Source: Eledone cirrhosa
Taxonomy: Eukaryota
Direction of reading: 5' to 3'
DNA length: 64,000 nt
NCBI GenBank assembly: GCA_964016885.1
Contig: OZ024743.1
Location: 19,158,001-19,222,000 of the forward strand
The position numbers and the translations under genes were made by a program. A model generated the notes under the pieces. That model had not been told where the DNA came from, made no database searches, and saw only the letters and a program-made list of their open reading frames with translations. This document shows positions 26,280-38,747 of the stretch, one piece after another (the stretch's first letter is position 1; every line of letters begins with the position of its first letter).

Positions 26280-27960
26280 AGAATGCACCCACCCTACGGC
26301 ACAACGAGAAACACCAAAATATGCCGTTATTTACTACGCCAGCGGCTCTGCACACGCACTAACTGCATCTTCACACATCTACCTGGGATGAGACACTCAT
26401 TTCATATGAAACCTACTAGCCAATGCCAAAGCACACATCCCACAATAACATCAACACCACCAAATAATAAATGGAACGCAAAACACGCGTAACTCGGAAT
26501 CCTAAAATCTGCCGGTATTGCCACCGTGAGAGACTATCTGCACTATCACTGTACCATCACTCATCTTCCTTCCTGGGACTCGACGCACTAACTGAAAAGG
26601 GGCTCCTAGCCAACATCACACCTACAGTAACATCACCACAGTATTGGTGCAGTAATGCTAGTCCAGTCTTTTCAAGAAGGTACAATAACAACATCAACAA
26701 CACAACGAAAGTGGAAACTACAATCCTATCCAACATTGTCACCACACTTCCAGTCAAACACTGCTCCTTAAACAAGAACTACCATATTTAGCCATGATGA
26801 ACCTTCTAGCTATCACACAAAACCCTCATATGCTAACACCCCAGTGCACCCCCCCCCCCCCGTTGCTGTCACAAACACAAACACAAAACAAGCCCCCTTG
26901 CAACAGTGAAAACCAGCCACTATTCTAGCCTACAGATTTCTACTCAATGCAAAATGTGTCAGCCCTTCCATTAAGGCACAAAAAGGGAAGGTCCAATTCA
27001 TTGAGGATTGGGTTGGTAACCATCCACACCACATGCCTTTTTTTTATCCTTACTGAAACCCATCTTGAAAACTCCTACTTGGAAACCGACGCGAAAGTTA
27101 AGAATTCCATGACAATACGCACGGATTGTGTTGGTAGAAGGAAGGGTGGAACTGACCTTTTCCTGCATTATTCCTTTACAGCAAACGGAGATATCACACT
27201 CTCCAATGGTTACTGTGAATCGAACACGTGCACAACCAAGCCAATGATTTGGTTGCAGCTTGGCTCTATAATGCCCATAATGCACTTTAAAATATTCTTC
27301 GACAACATTAAGTGTGTTCTACAACAGTGTCATTCTTGTAACACACTTATGATGGGAGACTTTAATCTACCATCTGCTGATTAGCATACAAGCAGTTTGA
27401 AACCAGGCACTTCCACCTCAACCGCTGTAGAATCACTTATTGACTTTATGGATGGCTTGTTTTTCACGAACAAGATATCAGAAAAGTATTTTTCACCTAG
27501 TATTTATTAAACACACTAACATAATATTACAGGGGAAAAAACCCTTCTTTAAGACCATGACATGGTTCTCTGTAATCCGAGACTCCACCAGCCGAAACCT
27601 AAACCCATTGATCTCATCCAGCCCACCCATTTGATAATATAGATCTATATCCTGCCAATTGGGATGTAATCACTAAAAAATGTGTCACATGTTGACTGGT
27701 CTTTCACACACGCACGCACCTCCACCAACATAAAACCATCATGGTAAATATTTCTACATATATATGTGCAAAACACACACCACCAAGATCTGTGAACAAA
27801 CTAAGTGCAGGATCCCCAAAACAGAAACAACTATTATCAGAAAAATAAAAAGAATGAACCAAAAAATCAACAAACTCTGCCAAGAGCAACACACACATTC
27901 AACTGCAGATACATATCGTCATTGGATTTTTAAAATGTTGAACAATAGCCGCTATTAAAA
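26280..27960 (+). pseudogene. Degenerate APE-type LINE (CCCH-like ORF1 remnants plus endonuclease)
   Basis: KICRYLLRQRLCTRTNCIFTH (CCCH-like, partly duplicated); ILTETHL, D..GRRKGG and LMMGDFNLP are APE endonuclease motifs. Confidence 0.65.
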
Positions 27961-28774
27961 AGTAATTAAATAATCCTTATGAATGATAATCTCAAGTTAC
28001 GTTATGAGAGGAGAATAAACATTCGAAAAAAAAATATATTTCTTTTATTGTGAAATAGCCAAACAAAAAGTAATTCACTATGTAATATGTTTTTATGGCT
28101 CAAAAGGATTATTTCTCAGTGATCATTTGTTCATCTTAACGCCTGTAGGGATATATAGCGCATTAAAAACGAAAGTGAATTTATTACTGAGATCTACATA
28201 TTGCTTTGGGGCAATTAATATCCTTTAATTTTCAACGTTTTAGTTTCGATTATCTTCATTTTAGTTTCACAATTATGGAGAGTGTTTTCTTCATTTTAGT
28301 TTCACATGTATGTCCTTAAATATTGCAGTATTTGTATGATATTAAGAATATAATCTAGATGCATTTTAGTCAGAGTTAGTTATAAATTAAATACACAAAC
28401 ACACGCACACGCGTGCACACACACACGCGCGTGCAGACACACACACTACACACACAAACACGCGTGCACACATACCCACACAAACACGCGTGCACACATT
28501 CACACAAACACACAAACACACATGTGTGTGTATGTGTGTGTGTCTGTGTATTTGTGTGTGTCTGTGTGTGTGTATAAATTAGAGAAATGACTTCTCCAGG
28601 ACTAGAAGTGTTTCATTCAAAAAATTCACCAGGAAATCATTTCTATATTTACATAGATATGGTTATACTCTACTAACCTAATGTGGTGACCGAATGATAT
28701 ACATCAGGAATCCTCCTCCTTCGCCTATATATGTGTAAGTTTTTATGTGATATATAAATATATATGTATATATA

Positions 28775-29575
28775 TATAATAATTGAATATAAAAGAAAGA
28801 CCAACACAGATATATACATATATGTGTTCAAATCGTAAGGGACCAGATTCGCTAAGGTGAAAATAATACTAACTATAGACAATAGGGTTTGCCAGAATCA
28901 ATTTAAGAATAAATCAAGAAAATAAATACAAACCGGAATTGTGGTAACTACCAATCACCCAGACAGCTCTTGGTACTGCTGTTTCGCAATATTAATTGTG
29001 AATAGGAATGTCAATTCTTGCTCATCAGTGGGTGAAGAATTAGTATCCTAGACACTTCTAAGTATATTAAGGTACTGAATAGTGTGCGTATATATAACAA
29101 CGCACATGGTATCTGAACTTGGCGCCTCTCACAAACTCACACCACTAAAAATAGCAGCCAGGTTTATTCGACATTTGAATTAGCTCAACAAATTATCGGA
29201 GCCGAATATATCAAAGGTATATATTGAGTTAGAAACTCAAAATAGTCTCTTACAATAAAATAACTCTTGGAAAGTGATTTTTCCGAGCCGTATATTATAA
29301 TTGAATATAAAAGAAAGACGAACACAGATATATACTTTTATGTGTTCAAATCGTAAGGGACCAGATTCGTTAAGGTGAAAAGAATACTATCTATAGGCAA
29401 TAGGGTTTGTCTGACTCAATTAAAGAATAGATCAAGGGCACATAAAAGTATATATCTGTGTTTGTCTTTCTTTTATATTCAATTATAATATACGGCTCGG
29501 AAAAATGTCTTTCCTAGAGCTATTTTATTGTAAGAGACTATTTAGAGTTTCTAACTCAATATATACCTTTGATGT
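28775..29575 (-). mobile_element. Non-coding pLTR-type module: direct repeat plus inverted partial copy, with HHR
   Basis: About 28778-28918 repeated at about 29296-29436; about 29443-29572 inverts about 29211-29340; TA-flanked. Confidence 0.8.
28955..29035 (-). ncRNA. Canonical type I hammerhead
   Basis: tcaccca-CTGATGA-gcaa...ttgc-GAAA-cagc-agtaccaaga-gctg-TC-tgggtga; 7-bp stem I, 4-bp stem III, GUC site. Confidence 0.85.
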
Positions 29576-30154
29576 ATATATATATATATCACTTAGAAAC
29601 CTACACGTAGACATGCACATACGCATTTATCACAGACTGTTGTAAAGTGTTCATTTTCCCCTCAGCCAGCCCACTTTGAAGTTGGGTTGTTTTGTTTAAT
29701 GGACGGATACATATTGAACAGGTATATATTTCTCACTAATAATTTATTTTATATTTGATATATACTCATTATACAATATAGTCAGACACATTACGAGCAA
29801 TGTATAGATCATCGCATCAATATATACACACACAATTATAAAACAATATACACACTCACATGTGCAACTTTTGGTTTTCAATTTTTTTCCAACCTATCTA
29901 CATGTGAAACCTATTGATGAAGGACTAACGTCCAATACGTTGAACAGTTTTCTCTCTTTCATCCAAAGGGTGAACCAAGTAACACTATCGATTTTTGTAC
30001 ATTTGTGTTTGTGTCATCTTTTTACATATCTAGTTTTCTGGAACCCTGTTAAGTTGTATGTGTGTATGCATTTGATTAGCCATAACTGAGGTTTGGATCT
30101 TGCTGTTTAACGGGTTGGACTAATTCTTCTTCTTCTTATTATTATTATTATTCC

Positions 30155-33100
30155 AATTGCATTTATCTTGCTTTATGTTCATACGAGTTATCACCAAGTC
30201 CCAACCAGTGACCTCAAGAGACAACAAGGGCCGCCATGTTCAAGAAAGAACATACATATTCACACATGCATCGTTAGTGTTTAGACTTGTGATGTACTTA
30301 TATTGACAGAATCTTCCTTAGTATATGGGCAGTTCCCATTAGTACTATCTTTTGTATTTCTCTTATACGCGGGTTTCCTCGGATTTGCGATAAGTAGTCA
30401 TTAGACCCTTTAGGTATCATTCCCAGAGCGCCTACAACCACTGGTATTGTTTTAGTTCTCAATTTCCACATTTTTCCAATTTCTATCTCCAGGTCGTTAT
30501 ACTTGCTCAATTTTTCAAATGTTTTTATAGATACATTCTTGTCTATTGGAACAGACATATCAATTAGCAGGCATACCCTCTTTTGAAAGTCCTTCAATAT
30601 TATATCAGGTCTATTTCATCTATTTTTCGGTCTGTTTGGATGCTAAAGTTCCACAAGATTGAGATGTGATCTTTTTCAAGTATGGGAGGTGGTTGATGCT
30701 CCCACCAATTCTTTTGATGGGGCAGGTCAAAATGCTTACACATTATCCAATGTATGTATTGTGCAGCTCTGTCATGCCTGTTTAGGTATTCGGTTGGAGC
30801 TATAGGACTGCACATTGAAATTATATGGTCAATGGTCTCTGGTTGTTTTTTGCACACACGGCATAATGGGCTGCTACCATTTTTTATTATGTTGGCTTGG
30901 TAATTTTTTGTTGGCAGACACTGATCTTGTGCTGATATAATCAGTCCTTCAGTCTCCGATTTCAGTCCAGAGGATGTCAACCACTGATGGGTTAATGTTT
31001 TGTCAACATCAGGATTGTTAGCTCGTTCTGGGTATTTTCCATACAGAGGCTTTTCTTACCATTTCTTAGCCAGTTTCTGTAGCAGTTCTTTCTTTGCAGT
31101 TACTTTTACCTGCTTTGCTTTTTCTATGTTTTCCATTTCAGCAGTAAATGGGACTTCTGAAATTTGTAGTCCATTACTGTATCTTTGTGCATCTTTTGTA
31201 ATGGAATATGATCTTTTGATGCTTTCGTGTTTCATAACGAGTTTGATCATCCAATCATGGGATTCCCTTAGATATGTAGATAATCCAATTGTTTCAGTTT
31301 TCAACGCTATGTCTAACTGGACTAACCCACGTCCTCCTTCTTTCCTAGGGAGATATATTCTATCTATATCTGCCTTAGGGTGATGCATTCTGTGCATGGT
31401 TAAGAATTTTCGAATTTTTGTATCGAGCCTACGGATCTCTGTGCTTGACCAGTTGATGACATTGTAACTGTAGGTTACTACTGGTATGGCAAGCGTGTTT
31501 ATGGCATCGATCCTATTCCTTGCATTCAATTCCGTTCTTAAGATTGCTCTTACTTTGCTGTAACATTCCTTCCTTATCCTTTCCCTCATTGTCGAGTGCT
31601 TGATTCCGTCTCCTTCACAAACACCTAGATATTTGTAAGTTTTTTCTTGATCAAGTTCTCTTATCACGTTCCCCCAATCAAGATTAATGTCTGAACTCTT
31701 CAGCAACTTTCCTCTGGTGAACGTTGCTTTGGCGCATTTATCTAGTCCAAACTCCATTTTAATGTCATCACTGAACTTCTCCACAGTGGATAATAGCCCT
31801 TGCAATTGTTCATCATTTTCTGCAAATAGTTTCACGTCATCCATGTAGAACAAGTGATTAATGGTTTTGTCATAGACTCTATATCCATGTTTTGTTTCAT
31901 TGAGCATTTTACTTAATGGTATAAGTGCAATGCAGAATAAAAGCGATGATAAAGAGTCACCCTGAAAAATTCCACAATTAATATTAACTTCTCCAGCTTC
32001 AAGTGATTTTGTTTCACTATTCAGAAGGAATGTCGTTTTTCATGTCTTCATCCTGAATGACAAAAACCTCCTGACAACGGGGGATATTTTGAAAATCCAT
32101 AAACATTTTTCAATCCAACTGTGTGGCAAACTATCGAATGCTTTTTTATAATCTATCCAAGCAATTGATAGATTTTTGTGTCTATTATGACAATCTTCCA
32201 GTATCATTTTGTAAACCAAAGGCTGATCCTTACAGCCATATGAACCTCGTTTACACCCTTTCTGCTCAATGAGAAATAGGCCATTTGTTATCAGGTCCTC
32301 AAATGTATATTCAGTTAGGACTGAGTTAAAATTTTATACATTGTGGTCAAGCAAGTTATCGGTCTGTAATTGTTGGGATTGTTTGTCTCATCATTCTTCG
32401 GAAGCAGGAATGTAATGCCGTTAACTAGCCATGATGGTATCTTTTCTGGCTCCTTAACTATTTCATTGTAAAGTTGGGGTAACAGCTCATGAGACTCAGT
32501 GAAGGCATTTATCCAAAAATTTTGTATTTTGTCTTTTCCTGGAGATTAACATTTGCTGGTTTTTCTTAGAGCCAAGCGCAACTTTTCAACTGTTATGTTT
32601 TCCCATATTTGTTCCTCAAGGTGAGCTGTATCTTTCATTTGTCTGTCTATCCATGAGGCATGTATGTTATGAACTTTTTCTTCGGCCCAGATCTTTTCCC
32701 AGAATTCTTGCACTTCCTCCTTGGGTGGTATTGATTTAGCAGCTATGGTTGACTTACCAATTTTTCTGTAGAAGTTTCTTTGGTTATTTTTGAACATATT
32801 ATTGTCCTTATAGAATCGAGATCGTTTTTCAAAGCGCCTTATACGAGCAGCTTTGGCCGACACTTTTTGCTTGATTATTTCTATCAGCATGTCTATGTCA
32901 CATGTTGATTTTATACTGTACTTTTTTTTCAATTTTCTAAGTTTAGTTTGTTTAACATGTTCACCTACTTGATAGTTTGTTAAAATTTCTATGTCAGATC
33001 GGAGAAGGTTTATTTGGCGATTGATGTTCTCTTGCCAAGTAGATTTCTTGTGGGAATTCCTTTGTTTTTTCATCTTCACTCGACATAAGTGAGTGGTGAC

Positions 33101-33320
33101 TTTAGCCGATGCATAATAGAGATCATTTAAATCAGTAATGTTTAGTTTGTTTGTGATGATAATGTTTTTGAGAATTATGTTAGTCTTGTGTATTATCTTT
33201 TGGTTCTGTTTGGAGTTCTGGATCTTAGGGAGGGTGTCTCGTTTCCCCATGTCAGATTCTTTCATTTTCATCCATTCGATCATAATTTCATCCTTCAAGT
33301 TGGCAAGTTCATTCTCATTC
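30155..33320 (-). mobile_element. R4/Dong-clade RLE retrotransposon copy A (5'-truncated, disrupted)
   Basis: YMDD RT, CRVC..ETIDHIISMC zinc knuckle, RHD and PD-D/E RLE motifs; (TAA)n at both ends. Confidence 0.9.
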
Positions 33321-33360
33321 ATTATTATTATTATTGTTATTATTATTATTATTATTATTA

Positions 33361-36300
33361 CAGTTGCATTTATCTTGCTTTATGTTCATACGAATTATCA
33401 CCAAGTCACACCCAGTGACCTCAAGAGACAACAAGGTCCGCCATGTTCAAGGAAGAACATACATACTCACACATGCATCTTTAGTGTTTAGACTTGTGAT
33501 GTACTTATATTGACAGAATCTTCCTTAGTATATGGGCAGTTCCCATTAGTACTATCTTTTGTATTTCTCCTATACGCGGATTTCCTGGGATCTGCGATAA
33601 GTAATCATTAGACCCCTTAGGTATCATTCCCAGAGCGCCTACAACCACTGGTATTGTTTTAGTTCTCAATTTCCACATTTTTCCAATTTCTATCTCCAGG
33701 TCCTTATACTTGCTCAATTTTTCAAATGTTTTTATAGATACATTCTTGTCTATTGGAACAGACATATCAATTAGCAGGCATACCCTCTTTTTAAAGTCTT
33801 TCAATATTATATCAGGTCTATTTGCATCTATTTTTCGGTCTGTTTGGATGCTAAAGTTCCACAAGATTGAGATGTCATCTTTTTCAAGTATGGGAGGTGG
33901 TTGATGCTCCCACCAATTCTTTTGATGGGGCAGTACAAAATGCTTACACATTATCCAATGTATGTATTTTGCAGCTCTGTCATGCCTGTTTAGGTATTCG
34001 GTTGGAGCTATAGGACTGCACATTGAAATTATATGGTCAATGGTCTCTGGTTGTTTTTTGCATACACGGCATAATGGGCTGCATCCATTTTTTATTATGT
34101 TGGCTTGGTAATTGTTTGTTGGCAGACACTGATCTTGTGCTGATATAATCAGTCCTTCAGTCTCCGATTTCAGTCCAGAGGATGCCAACCACTGATGGGT
34201 TAAAGTTTTGTCAACATCAGGATTGTTAGCTCGCTCTGTGTATTTTCCATACAGAGGCTTTTCTTACCATTTCTTAGCCAGTTTCTGTAGCAGTTCTTTC
34301 TTTGCAGTTACTTTTACCTGCTTTGCTTTTTCTGTGTTTTCCATTTCAGCAGTAAGTGGGACTTCTGAAATGTGTAGTCCATTACTGTATCTTTGTGCAT
34401 CTTTTGTAATGGAATATGATCTTTTGATGCTTTCGTGTTTCAAAACGAGTTTGATCATCCAATCAAGTGATTCCCTAAGATATGTAGATAATCCAATTGT
34501 TGCAGTTTTCAACGCAATGTCTAACTGGATTAACCCACGTCCTCCTTCTTTCCTAGGAAGATATATTCTATCTATATCTGCCTTAGGGTGATGCATTCTG
34601 TGCAAGGTTAAGAATTTTCGAATTTTTGTATCGAGCCTACGGATCTCTGTGCTTGACCAGTTGATGACATTGTAACTGTAGGTTACTACTGGTATGGCAA
34701 GCGTGTTTATGGCATCGATCCTATTCCTTGCATTCAATTCCGTTCTTAAGATTGCTCTTACTCTGCGGTAACATTCCTTCTTTATCCTTTCCCTCATTGT
34801 TGAGTGCTTGATTCCGTCTCCTTCACAAAAACCTAGATATTTGTAAGTTTTTTCTTGATCAAGTTCTCTTATCACGTTCCCCCGATCAAGATTAATGTCT
34901 GAACTCTTCAGCAGCTTTCCTCTGGTGAACGTTGCTTTGGCGCATTTATCTAGTCCAAACTCCATTTTAATGTCATCACTGAACTGCTCCACATTGGATA
35001 ATAGCCCTTGCAATTGTTCATCATTTTTTGCAAATAGTTTCAGGTCATCCATGTAGAACAGGTGATTAATGGTTTTGTCATAGACTTTATATCCATGTTT
35101 TGTTTCATTGAGCATTTTACTTAATGTTATAAGTGCGATGCAGAATAAAAGCGGTGATAAAGAGTCACCCTGTAAAATTCCACAATTAATATTAACTTCT
35201 CCAGCTTCCAGTGATTTTGTTTCACTTTTCAAAAGGAGTGTCGTTTTTCATGTCTTCATCCTGAATGACAAAAACCTCCTGACAACGGGGGATATTTTGA
35301 AAATCCATAAACATTTTTCAATCCAACTGTGTGGCAAACTATCGAATGCTTTTTTATAATCTATCCAAGCAATTGATAGATTTTTGTGTCTATTATGACA
35401 ATCTTCCAGTATCATTTTGTTAACCAAAGGCTGATCCTTACAGCCATATGAACCTCGTTTACACCCTTTCTGCTCAATAGGAAATAGGTCATTTGTTATC
35501 AGGTGGTCATATGTGTATTCAGTTAGAACTGATGTTAAAATTGTATACATTGTGGTCAAGCAAGTTATCGGTCTGTAATTTTTGGGATTGTTTGTCTCAT
35601 CATTCTTCGGAAGCAGGAATGTAATGCCGTTAACTAGCCATGATGGTATCTTTTCTGGCTCCTTAACTATTTCATTGTAAAGTTGGGCTAACAGCTCATG
35701 AGACTCTGTGAAGGCATTTATCCAAAAGTTTTGTATTTTGTCTTTTCCTGGGGATTTCCATTTGCTGGTTTTTCTTAGAGCCAAGCGCAACTGTTCAACT
35801 GTTATATTTTCCCATATTTGTTCCTCAATGTGAGCTGTATCTTTCATTTGTCTGTCTGTCCATGGGGCATGTATGTTATGAACTTTTTCTTCGGCCCAGA
35901 TCTTTTCCCAGAATTCTTGCACTTCCTCCTTGGGTGGTATTGATTTAGCAGTTATTGTTGACTTACCAATTTTTCTGTAGAAGTTTCTTTGGTTGTTTTT
36001 GAACATATTTTATTGTCCTTATAGAATCTAGATCGTTTTTCAAAGCGCCTTATACGAGTAGCTTTGGCCGACACTTTTTGCTTGATTATTTCTATCAGCA
36101 TGTTACATGTTGATTTTATACTGTACTTTTTTTTCAATTTTCTAAGTTTAGTTTGTTTAACATGCTCACCTACTTTATAGTTTGTTAAAATTTCTATGTC
36201 AGATCGGAGAAGGTTTATTTGGCGATTGATGTTCTCTTGCCAAGTAGATTTCTTGTGGGAATTCCTTTGTTTTTTCATCTTCACTCCACATAAGTGAGTG

Positions 36301-37320
36301 GTGACTTTAGCCGATGCATAATAGAGATCATTTAAATCAGTAATGTTTAGTTTGTTTGTGATGATAATGTTTTAAAGAATTATGTTAGTCTTGTGTATTA
36401 TCTTTTGGTTCTGTTTGGAGTTCTGGATCTTAGGGAGGGTGTCTCGTTGCCCCATGTCAGATTCTTTCATTGTCATCCATTCGATCATAATTTCATCCTT
36501 CAAGTTGGCAAGTTCATTCTCATTCATTTCTTTATCATTTACGATCTCATTTTTTTTCATTTGGAGTTTCATCCTGAGCATGCACTCCCTCCACTTTTTC
36601 GATCCTTTCTTTAATTTGTTCTGTTGCCAGTGATTCCGCCCCAACCCTGGGGTTCGAAGTGTTACAGTTTACCTCGTTTTCACTGGCACATGTTTCATTT
36701 TCTCTTCGCTGACTTTGTGCTAATAGCTTGATCTGATCAATTTCTATATCAGTTAGTAACTTTTTTCTTACAATATTTCTTCGTATATTGGCTAGTTTGT
36801 TACTGTCAATATAGCCTCTGTTTTCGGGATGTTTCTTTTTCCAGTTGATATATGTCTGTTCTGTATTCGATGTATTTGATGGGTAGTACATGGCAGTGTA
36901 GAAAGCCTCAAGGACTTCTTTATTATCTTCTCTTGACCATTTTTCTCTCTTTTTCTTTGGATTTCTTGGTGGTGAGCATGGAGGGCCAACAGTAGGAGTA
37001 TTCCGGTTATGGGAGGTCTCCAGCTCCGAAGTGATGGGAAGGTTTGAACCATTAGCTGATTTTTCGACCCCAGTCTGGTTCCTCTCTGAGGGACGCGGCC
37101 CTTTTTTACCCGGGTGACGGCCGATCCGGTATGAGATTTTATCATTAGACATTTACTTTATTTTGTCGCGTTTTATCCTTATCCGCCAAGGGGTAATCAT
37201 TTCGTGTTACCACTTCTAGAACGAGTGTCAACCAAGACTAGAGGGGTCGTTCTCCCCTAGAGACACGGCTATTCCCCGCCGGCCGCCATCCCGGCATTTC
37301 TTGGTCACGGGGTTTACTTT
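33361..37320 (-). mobile_element. R4/Dong-clade copy B, apparently full length (about 4 kb, single ORF 37152-33505 broken by stops and frameshifts)
   Basis: Continuous ORF pieces 36547-37152, 36372-36644, 35952-36284, 35248-36006, 34264-35232, 33505-34188; KSPGKD, YRPIT, WIDYKKAFDS, QGDSLS, YMDD. Confidence 0.9.
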
Positions 37321-38336
37321 TTGTTGTTTTTTTTAAATTGTTATTATCATGAGTGGTTCCTTAATGTGAGCATTGCATGGCTTAAGAATGAAATTATTAA
37401 TAATTGTCTCCACTCCAGGCACAAGGCCAGCAATCACCCAGTGGATTACAATAATATAATATACTTTTTGCTGTAGTTGCCTGTTATTGTTGTTGGCTAT
37501 GTCGGTGGTGGTGCCGGGGCTTTTTATATTGTTGGTGAGGAAGGGGTGAGCCAGCAGTCCCATAGTTGTTGATGTTGACGTTTGGCCGGTGGCCAGGTCA
37601 CTAAGTCAATCTATTTATATCTTTTGCTAGCCTCTCCCTTGTCTAGTGATACCGCCACCTTCCCCTTTCTCTCTCAAGTTAAGAGGGGAATGGTGGTGGT
37701 AGCAATGAAGGAGTGGTGGCGGCGGCCATGGGATAGTGGTAGCAAGATGATGGATGGGGTGGTGGCGGCGGTGGCTTTGTGGTTACTGGGTTTTGTGATA
37801 TGTAGTATCTATGAATTTGTGTTCGTATGTTTAATATATATTGTGTTGACATATTCCCGTAAAATTGGAATTAAACATTTTGTTAAAATTTGAGACAATA
37901 ATAATAGTAATTATTATTATCATGCCGGGATTGATGGTAGTGGTGGTGAAATTGCCGTTATCTGGCTGTTATATTTAGTGTGATGGGATAGGTGGCGTAT
38001 CAACTTTCTGGTGTTGGTGAAATTGCTGTTAATTGGCTGTTCTATATAGTGTAGACAGAGGGTGTTTTCTTACATGTATAACCATTTTCTTTTTTTGAAT
38101 ACAAAATATATAATACAAAATTTAATATTTGAGCGATATAACAATATAATATGGATCCGAAATTTTATGGCACTTCATTCCGTGGATTATGCAACATTTG
38201 TACTAAGAATTGTTATTTCACAAATGATTTATATATGTTAAAAATCAAAAACTTACGGGAGCGATTTCATGACCTTCTACCACCTCGTGCGTCTTCTTCC
38301 CTTATTATTAAGAAATCATTATTATTATTATTATTA

Positions 38337-38712
38337 CAGTTGCATTTATCTTGCTTTATGTTCATACGAGTTATCACCAAGTCACAACCAGTGACCTCAA
38401 GAGACAACAAGGTCCGCCATGTTCAAGCAAGAACATACATATTCACACATGCATCTTTAGTGTTTAGACTTGTGATGTACTTATATTGACAGAATCTTCC
38501 TTAGTATATGGGCAGTTCCCATTAGTACTATCTTTTGTATTTCTCCTATACGCGGGTTTCCTGGAATTTGCGATATGTAATCATTAGACCCTTAGGTATC
38601 ATTCCCAGAACGCCTACAACCACTGGTATTGTTTTAGTTCTCAATTTCCACATTTTTCCAATTTCTATCTCCAGGTCCTTATACTTGTTCAATTTTTCAA
38701 ATGTTTTTATAG
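38337..38712 (-). mobile_element. R4/Dong copy C (short 3' fragment)
   Basis: Same 3' UTR and RLE C-terminus between (TAA)n tracts. Confidence 0.9.
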
Positions 38713-38713
38713 A

Positions 38714-38746
<33 letters not shown>

Positions 38747-38747
<1 letters not shown>

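Noticed and set aside
29908-29950. ttgatga-aggactaacgtcc hairpin
   Set aside because: Lacks GAAA; at best a decayed HHR
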